A stretch of 64,000 nt of DNA from an uncultured Actinomycetes bacterium (GTDB lineage Bacteria > Actinomycetota > UBA4738 > JBBDTT01): contig CAVUMN010000003.1 in assembly GCA_963742735.1 (NCBI GenBank), forward strand, positions 352,001 through 416,000, given 5' to 3'. The notes under the pieces were generated by a model that had not been told where the DNA came from, made no database searches, and worked only from the letters and a program-made list of their open reading frames with translations. The translations under genes were made by a program, and so were the position numbers. Each line of letters begins with the position of its first letter. The stretch's first letter is position 1. This document shows positions 57,975 to 64,000 of this stretch, piece after piece.

Positions 57975-59068
57975 CCGAGCAGCGCGCGCAGGAGGGCGTC
58001 CAGCCCGTCGGGTGAGCCCGCGATGCTGTGCCCCATGTCGGGGACGCGCTCGTAGGTGACGTCGGGCGAGCCGCCGGCGCGGAGCCGGGCGACGTAGTCC
58101 TCGGCGTGCGGCGCGATCCGGTCGCGTTCGCCGACGATCACGTGGATGCGGGTGGCCGGGTGGGTGTAGTCGCGCCCGCCCAGGTCGACGCTCGCCGCGT
58201 CCCACTCCTCCGTGAACGAGGGGTCGTGGGTGACGCACGGCCCGCCGCCGCCGCGGAACCCCCACGACGTGTCGATGGTCTGGACGCTCGCGCCCTCGTA
58301 CCAGTACGCGCGGAACGCCGGATCGCGCAGGCATCCCTTCGCCAGCGCGGCGTGGGGCGGTCCACCGGTGGGGATGAGGACGTCGACCAGGTCGTCCAGG
58401 CCGTAGACGTCCATCGCGTACGTGATCTGCGACGCCCCGCCGCTGTTGCCCGTCAGGCAGAACCCGCACCGCCCGGGCCCGGGCTCGGGCGCCCCGAGCG
58501 GCGCGTAGACGTCCCCGTGGATCGTCCGGATGAGCGTGGCGGACCGGCACGCCAGGAGGTGGGGGCCGGCCCGCTCGCCGCGGGCCGCGCCCAGCCACTC
58601 GTCCTTCCACCGGACCTGGACGGCCACCATGCCGGCCTCCCGGATGTCCTCGAGGAAGGCGCCCGTGGAGCCCTCGTCGGCCCACCAGCCACGCCCGCCC
58701 CCGCCGCTGAAGAAGACGACCAGCCCGCGTGCGACGCCCTCGGGGGCCGCGATCGCCAGCGTCACCCGGGCCTCCTCGTGGACGCCCGGGCACGCGATCG
58801 CCAGCTGGCGGCAGTCGAACCCGGCGGGACACCCCGGGAAGTCGAACCGGTCGGGCCGGGCCGTGCCGAGCGGGAGCGGCTCGCGCTCCTCGAGATCGGT
58901 GGGGATCGGGCCGGGCGACGTGGTTCCGCGGAGCGGCGGCTGCGGCTGAGGGCCCGGTCCCGAGCCCGGTCGAACGGCCACGTAGGTGATGAGACCGGAC
59001 AGAAGCACTCCGGTCAGTCCCGCCAGCGCGAGCTGCATCGGGGTGAGGGCTCGGCGCTCGGCGGTCAT
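57971..59068 (-). CDS. Membrane-anchored alpha/beta-hydrolase-fold protein
   Basis: N-terminal TM; FFSGGGG, TGNSGGA nucleophile elbow, VGERD, MGH. Confidence 0.7.
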   Translation of the reverse strand: MTAERRALTPMQLALAGLTGVLLSGLITYVAVRPGSGPGPQPQPPLRGTTSPGPIPTDLEEREPLPLGTARPDRFDFPGCPAGFDCRQLAIACPGVHEEARVTLAIAAPEGVARGLVVFFSGGGGRGWWADEGSTGAFLEDIREAGMVAVQVRWKDEWLGAARGERAGPHLLACRSATLIRTIHGDVYAPLGAPEPGPGRCGFCLTGNSGGASQITYAMDVYGLDDLVDVLIPTGGPPHAALAKGCLRDPAFRAYWYEGASVQTIDTSWGFRGGGGPCVTHDPSFTEEWDAASVDLGGRDYTHPATRIHVIVGERDRIAPHAEDYVARLRAGGSPDVTYERVPDMGHSIAGSPDGLDALLRALLG

Positions 59069-59105
59069 GGCGTCCCATCTTCCCAAAGGCTGGGAAGCTG
59101 ACTCC

Positions 59106-60701
59106 ATGCTGGAGACGGCCGACCTGCACATCGAGATCGGACGGAGGGTCCTGCTCTCGCGCGCCTCGTTCCTGGTGGGCCCGACCGACAAGGTCGGGCT
59201 CGTCGGGGTGAACGGGGCCGGGAAGACCACGCTGATGCGGGTGCTCGGCGACGCGGCTCCCGCCAGCGTGACGACCTCCGGCGAGGTCCGCGTCCGCGGG
59301 TCCATCTCCTACCTGCCGCAGATCCGTTTCCTGGCCGAGGACGAGCGCGACCTCAACGCGCTCGAGTACGTGTCGAGCGCCCGCCGGCTGGACGAGGCGT
59401 CCCGGGTGATGTCCGAGACGCTCGCCCGCGTCGAGGCGAACCCCTCGCTCGGGAACGTCCAGCGGTTCAGCGACGCCGAGGAGGCGTTCCGGAACGCGGG
59501 CGGCTACGCGGCCGAGGCCGAGATCCGCCGGCTCCTGGCGGGGGTCGGGCTTCCCGCCGATCGGCTCGAGCGGCCCCTGGCGACGCTCTCGGGAGGGGAG
59601 CGCCGCCGGGTCGAGCTCGCCCGGACGCTCTTCGCGGGCGCCGACACCTTGCTCCTGGACGAGCCGAGCAACCACCTGGACGCGGACGCGAAGGCCTGGC
59701 TCATGGCGTTCCTGCGCGGCTACCGCGGGGCGGTGGTCGTGGTCAGCCACGACCTGCACCTGCTGGACACCGCGATCACCCGCGTCCTGCACCTGGAGGG
59801 GGGCGAGCTCGACAGCTACAAGGGGACGTACTCGGAGTACCTCTCCGCGCGAGAGGCGGACGCGATCCGTCTCGGCCGCGTGGCTCGAGGGCAGGCCGCC
59901 GAGATCGACCGCCTGAAGCGCCTGGCGGACAGCATGCGCCACAGCACCCAGACCCGAGCCCGCAAGGCCAAGACGCTCGACTCGCGCGTCGAGCGGTTGG
60001 AGCGCGACCAGATCCAGGTCGCGGCCGCCCCGCGCCGCGTTCGGTTCCGGCTCCCGGAGCCGCCCCACGCGGGGAACCGCATCCTCCGGGCCACGGACCT
60101 GCGCAAGGCCTTCGACCGGGAGCTCTTCGAGGACGTCTCGCTCGACGTTCGCAACGGAGAGCGCCTCCTCGTTATCGGGCTGAACGGGGCGGGCAAGACG
60201 ACGCTGCTGAGGATCCTCGCGGGACGACTGGCCCCCGACGCGGGCGGCTTCGAGCTCGGGACCGGCGTTCGCCTCGGCTACTACGCCCAGGAGCACGAGG
60301 ACCTCACCCCGGGGAAGACCGCCCTCGAGCACCTTCGGGGCGGGGCGCTCACGAGCGAACAGGAGATGCGCTCGCACCTCGGCATGTTCACGCTGCGTGG
60401 CGACGCCGCCTTCCAGGACGCCGACACCCTCTCGGGCGGGGAGAAGACCAAGCTGTCGCTGGCCCAGCTCATGACCGGCGCCTACAACCTGCTGCTGCTC
60501 GACGAGCCGACCAACAACCTCGACCCCGCCTCGCGGGACGCGATCACCGCCGCGCTGTCGTCCTGGGCGGGGACCATGATCCTGGTGAGCCACGACGAGG
60601 AGTTCGTCGCCCGGCTCGAGCCGACGCACGCGCTGATCATGCCGGAGGGCGACAACCAGCCGTGGTCGGCGGAACTGCTCGACATCGTGGGCTTGGCCTG
60701 A
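59106..60701 (+). CDS. ABC-F family ATP-binding protein
   Basis: Two ATPase cassettes (GVNGAGKT/LSGGE/LLDEPSNHLD; GLNGAGKT/LSGGE/LLDEPTNNLD), no TM. Confidence 0.93.
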   Translation: MLETADLHIEIGRRVLLSRASFLVGPTDKVGLVGVNGAGKTTLMRVLGDAAPASVTTSGEVRVRGSISYLPQIRFLAEDERDLNALEYVSSARRLDEASRVMSETLARVEANPSLGNVQRFSDAEEAFRNAGGYAAEAEIRRLLAGVGLPADRLERPLATLSGGERRRVELARTLFAGADTLLLDEPSNHLDADAKAWLMAFLRGYRGAVVVVSHDLHLLDTAITRVLHLEGGELDSYKGTYSEYLSAREADAIRLGRVARGQAAEIDRLKRLADSMRHSTQTRARKAKTLDSRVERLERDQIQVAAAPRRVRFRLPEPPHAGNRILRATDLRKAFDRELFEDVSLDVRNGERLLVIGLNGAGKTTLLRILAGRLAPDAGGFELGTGVRLGYYAQEHEDLTPGKTALEHLRGGALTSEQEMRSHLGMFTLRGDAAFQDADTLSGGEKTKLSLAQLMTGAYNLLLLDEPTNNLDPASRDAITAALSSWAGTMILVSHDEEFVARLEPTHALIMPEGDNQPWSAELLDIVGLA

Positions 60702-60748
60702 GCCGGCTGGGGTAGGGTTTCCGGAGACCGACCGAGAGGGGATTGCCC

Positions 60749-61336
60749 ATGCGCACGTTCTCGTTCCGTCCCTCCCTCAGCTTCAAGGGCCGCAAGTTCC
60801 ACGGGCTCCGTGGCTGGGCCGGCAAGCCCCTGCACCCCCCGCTCACGGACGTGCCCGTCGGCGCCTACATGGTCGCCGCGGTCCTCGACCTGATCTCGTT
60901 CATCGGCGGCGACGGAAAGCCCTGGGCCCAGGACCTCTACCGGGCCGCCGGGTACACGTTCATCGGCGGCGCCGTCGTCTCGGTGTTCGCGGCGCTGACC
61001 GGCTTCTTCGACTGGTGGAAGTCGACCGAGAAGGGCAACCAGGCCCGGCGCACGGTCAACGCCCACGCGTGGACCATGATCCTGGTGACCGTGCTGGTCC
61101 TGACCAACATCTGGACGCGCATCGGCGTGGCCTGGGACGAGCCGGCCACGCCCGTTGGCACGCTGGCGTTCTCGCTGCTGGCCGCGCTGTTCACGATCAT
61201 CGGCGGGACGATCGGCGGCACGCTGATCTTCGACTACGGCTTCAACGTCGAGACCGCGGGCGACAGCCCGGTGTGGCACACGTCGGAGACCGACGTTCTG
61301 CCGAAGGACAAGGCGAAGGCTCCGCCCGCGACCTAG
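60749..61336 (+). CDS. DUF2231 family membrane protein
   Basis: KPLHPPLTDVPVG, AALTGFFDW, H, GGTIGGTLIF. Confidence 0.85.
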   Translation: MRTFSFRPSLSFKGRKFHGLRGWAGKPLHPPLTDVPVGAYMVAAVLDLISFIGGDGKPWAQDLYRAAGYTFIGGAVVSVFAALTGFFDWWKSTEKGNQARRTVNAHAWTMILVTVLVLTNIWTRIGVAWDEPATPVGTLAFSLLAALFTIIGGTIGGTLIFDYGFNVETAGDSPVWHTSETDVLPKDKAKAPPAT

Positions 61337-61352
61337 GCGCCCCGGCGTTTCG

Positions 61353-61424
61353 TGCCCCCGGCAGGATTCGAACCTGCGCCCCCCGCTCCGGAGGCGGGTG
61401 CTCTATCCCCTGAGCTACGGGGGC
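61353..61424 (-). tRNA. tRNA-Arg(CCG)
   Basis: GCCCCCG acceptor stem, D arm GCTC-AGGGGATA-GAGC, anticodon arm CCCGC-CT CCG GA-GCGGG, T arm GCAGG-TTCGAAT-CCTGC; CCA not encoded. Confidence 0.97.
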
Positions 61425-61465
61425 CGAGGGGCCATGATACGGGGTACCATCTTCGGGCTTCGGGC

Positions 61466-61852
61466 ATGAACAAGCCGACCAGGATCCTCGTCGCAGACGA
61501 CGACCCGTCGATCCTCCGATTGCTCCAGCTGAACTTCGAGCTCGAGGGATACGAGGTATCCACGGCGTCGGACGGAGAGGAAGCGCTGGCGAAGGCGCGC
61601 GCATCCTCCCCGGACGTCGTCGTGCTCGATGTGATGATGCCCGGTATGGACGGGTGGGAGGTGTGTCGCCGGTTGAAGGAGGACGAGACGATGCGTGACG
61701 TACCCGTCATCCTCCTGACCGCGCTCGGACAGGAACAGGAGCGCCGCCACGGCATGTCCGTCGGCGCCTCGGAGTACGTGATGAAGCCCTTCGACCCCGA
61801 CCAACTGGTCCAGATGGTGAAGGGCACGCTCTCCGGCGCCGGCCGGGACTGA
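61466..61852 (+). CDS. Stand-alone response regulator receiver (CheY-like)
   Basis: RILVADDD, VVLDVMMPGMDG, ILLTA, YVMKPF; no output domain. Confidence 0.92.
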   Translation: MNKPTRILVADDDPSILRLLQLNFELEGYEVSTASDGEEALAKARASSPDVVVLDVMMPGMDGWEVCRRLKEDETMRDVPVILLTALGQEQERRHGMSVGASEYVMKPFDPDQLVQMVKGTLSGAGRD

Positions 61853-61867
61853 CGGAACCCGACGCCG

Positions 61868-63550
61868 GTGAACGAACAGGACCTCTCCTCGCTCATCCGT
61901 GAAGCCGTGACGGCTTCCGGGTTCGAGCTGCCCGCCGGCCTCGAGATCGAGCTCCAGCGGCCGCGCCAGAAGGAGCACGGGGACTGGTCGACGAACGTCG
62001 CGCTCGCGCTCGCGCCGCGGGTGGGCCGCCCCGCCCGGGAGGTCGCCGAGGCGATCGTGGCCGGGCTGCCCGCCGACGAACGGATCGCCTCGGTCGAGGT
62101 GGCCGGCCCGGGGTTCATCAACGTGAAGCTCTCGGACGACTCGCTCTACCAGGTGCTCCGCGACGTGATCGCCGCCGGCCCGGGGTACGGACACGTGCCC
62201 GAGGGTTCGGGCGAGCGGATCCAGGTCGAGTTCGTCTCCGCGAACCCGACCGGGCCGCTGCACGTCGGCCACGGCCGGTGGGCGGCGGTGGGGGACGCGC
62301 TGGCCTCGGTCCTGCACACGGCGGGCAACGCGGTGGAGCGCGAGTTCTACATCAACGACCACGGGAACCAGATGGAGCTTTTCGGCCGGTCCATCGCCGC
62401 GCGGTACCTCGTCCGGTTCGGCCGCGAGACCGAGATCCCCGAGGGCGGGTATCAGGGCGCCTACGTGGACGAGCTGGCCGGGGAGATCGCCGAGGAACAC
62501 GGCGATCGGTGGGTCGATTCGCCCGAGGAGGAGCGCGTTGCGTTCTTCCGCGCGGAGGGGGAGCGGCGGATGCTCGCCCAGCAGCGCGAGGTGCTCTCCC
62601 GGTTCGGCGTGGAGTTCGACGTGTGGTTCAGCGAGCGGACCCTCCACGAGTCGGGCGCAGTGGACGAGGCCATCGCCGCGATCCGGGAGGCCGGCTACGT
62701 ATACGAGAAGGACGGCGCCCTCTGGCTGCGGACGACGGCGCTCGGCGACGACAAGGACCGCGTGGTGATCCGGGCGACGGGCGAGCCGACGTACCTGGCG
62801 CCCGACGCGGCCTACGTCCGCGACAAGTTCGGCCGCGGGTTCGACCGGCTGATCTACCTGTGGGGTGCCGACCACCACGGCTACATCGGACGACTGCGCG
62901 CCGTCGTGCGGGCCCTCGGGTACGACCCCGCCCGGGTCGAGTTCGAGATCGGCCAGTTCGTCAACCTGTTCCGCGGAGACGAGCCCGTGCGCATGTCGAA
63001 GCGCACGGGCGACATCGTCACGTTCGAGGAGCTCCTGGACGAGGTCGGGCCCGACGCCGCGCGCTACCTGTTCCTCCGCCAGCCGGTGGACACGCCGATC
63101 GACTTCGACATCGAGGTGGCCACCCGCCAGTCGATGGACAACCCCGTCTACTACGTCCAGTACGCGCACGCCCGGATCGCCAGCCTGCTTCGGGTGGCCC
63201 AGGAGCGCGGCGTGGATCGAGGCTCGTTCGACGACGCGGATCTGGCCGGGCTTGAGCATCCGTCCGAGCTGGACCTGCTGCGCACGCTCTCGGAGTATCC
63301 GGAGGTGCTTCGCCTCGCCGCGCACCACCGAGCGCCCCACCGGGTGGCGCGCTACGCGGAGGAGAAGCTCGCCGTCGCCTTCCATCGGTTCTACACCGAC
63401 TGTCCCGTCCTGACCGCGGAGCCGCCGCTGGCCCGGGCGCGCCTGTGGCTGGCGGAGGGGACACGGTCGGTCGTGGCGAACGCGCTCGGGCTGCTCGGCG
63501 TGAGCGCGCCGGAGGCCATGGCCCGTCTGGGAGAGGAGGAGGCGTCGTGA
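61868..63550 (+). CDS. argS: Arginine--tRNA ligase
   Basis: EFVSANPTGPLHVGHGR, GADHHGY, MSKRTG, YVQYAHARI. Confidence 0.97.
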   Translation: MNEQDLSSLIREAVTASGFELPAGLEIELQRPRQKEHGDWSTNVALALAPRVGRPAREVAEAIVAGLPADERIASVEVAGPGFINVKLSDDSLYQVLRDVIAAGPGYGHVPEGSGERIQVEFVSANPTGPLHVGHGRWAAVGDALASVLHTAGNAVEREFYINDHGNQMELFGRSIAARYLVRFGRETEIPEGGYQGAYVDELAGEIAEEHGDRWVDSPEEERVAFFRAEGERRMLAQQREVLSRFGVEFDVWFSERTLHESGAVDEAIAAIREAGYVYEKDGALWLRTTALGDDKDRVVIRATGEPTYLAPDAAYVRDKFGRGFDRLIYLWGADHHGYIGRLRAVVRALGYDPARVEFEIGQFVNLFRGDEPVRMSKRTGDIVTFEELLDEVGPDAARYLFLRQPVDTPIDFDIEVATRQSMDNPVYYVQYAHARIASLLRVAQERGVDRGSFDDADLAGLEHPSELDLLRTLSEYPEVLRLAAHHRAPHRVARYAEEKLAVAFHRFYTDCPVLTAEPPLARARLWLAEGTRSVVANALGLLGVSAPEAMARLGEEEAS

Positions 63551-64000
63551 ACCGGGAGCCCTGGCCTGCGACGTCGGCGTTCGATGACGGCCTGACGGTG
63601 GCCGGCGTGCGGGCGACCGAGCTGGCCGAGGCCTACGGCACGCCGCTGCTGGTGGTCGACGAGGAGGACGTGCGCGCGCGATGCCGGGCGTTCGTGGCGG
63701 CGTTCGGCGATCCCGTCTTCGCGATCAAGTCGTTCCCGGCCCGCGCGCTCATCCGGATCGCCCTCGAGGAGGGTCTCGGCCTGCTGGCCGCGACCGGGGG
63801 AGAGCTCGAGGCCTGCCTGCGGGCGGGCGCCGATCCGGGACGGATCGTGATGCACGGGAACAACAAGTCCGACGAGGAGATCCGCGCCGCGGTCGACGCC
63901 GGGGTGCGGCTGCTGATCGCGGACAACCCCGAGGAGCTCGAGCGGGCCGACGAGATCGCCCGCGCGGCCGGCCGGGTGCTGCCGGTGTTGCTCCGCGCGA
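63547..64000 (+). CDS. lysA: Diaminopimelate decarboxylase, 3'-truncated by window edge
   Basis: GTGA overlap with argS; LAEAYGTPLLVVDE, FAIKSF, ATGGEL, MHGNNKS. Confidence 0.93.
   Translation, partial: MNREPWPATSAFDDGLTVAGVRATELAEAYGTPLLVVDEEDVRARCRAFVAAFGDPVFAIKSFPARALIRIALEEGLGLLAATGGELEACLRAGADPGRIVMHGNNKSDEEIRAAVDAGVRLLIADNPEELERADEIARAAGRVLPVLLRA

Noticed and set aside
56811-60629. 1272-aa minus-strand ORF and other very long alternative-frame ORFs (e.g. 46641-49220, 48268-50847, 24225-26672 extension)
   Set aside because: These are Arg/Pro/Gly-rich shadow frames of recognisable genes, expected at this GC content.
52987-61424. Genomic island integrated at tRNA-Arg(CCG)
   Set aside because: No integrase, no duplicated tRNA 3' end noticed by eye, and composition is unchanged.

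Overview
High-GC (~70% by eye) chromosomal window from an Actinomycetota bacterium. Markers include WhiB1, PdtaS, SigH/RshA, BldC, PAC2, an F420-type LLM oxidoreductase and tRNA-Arg(CCG)-argS-lysA. It is densely coding (about 65 genes), and I saw no CRISPR array, prophage, transposase or rRNA. The main blocks are: a sortase with its probable substrate; a cNMP/LLM/glycosyltransferase operon; ftsH and sigH-rshA; a split acyl-CoA carboxylase/ECH/BKACE/BioY cluster; the pdtaS-whiB1-dgk-SigF/RsbW block; the lower ethylmalonyl-CoA pathway genes (mcl/mcd/mch-like); pgi-pgl; etfBA; a GMC pair; PadR-linked ABC exporters; and argS-lysA. The highlights the ORF track misses or obscures are (1) a peroxiredoxin-like selenoprotein with an in-frame TGA in a UxxC motif and a downstream SECIS-like hairpin (14331-14891), (2) a GT2-like glycosyltransferase fused to a CysRS anticodon-binding-like domain (2940-3848), (3) a TB7.3/Rv3221c-like biotin carrier sitting with candidate carboxylase partners and a BKACE enzyme, (4) a scar joining two convergent response-regulator 5' fragments at a GAGCTC palindrome, and (5) widespread leaderless-type starts. 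All family calls are by eye from motifs; no database searches were run.
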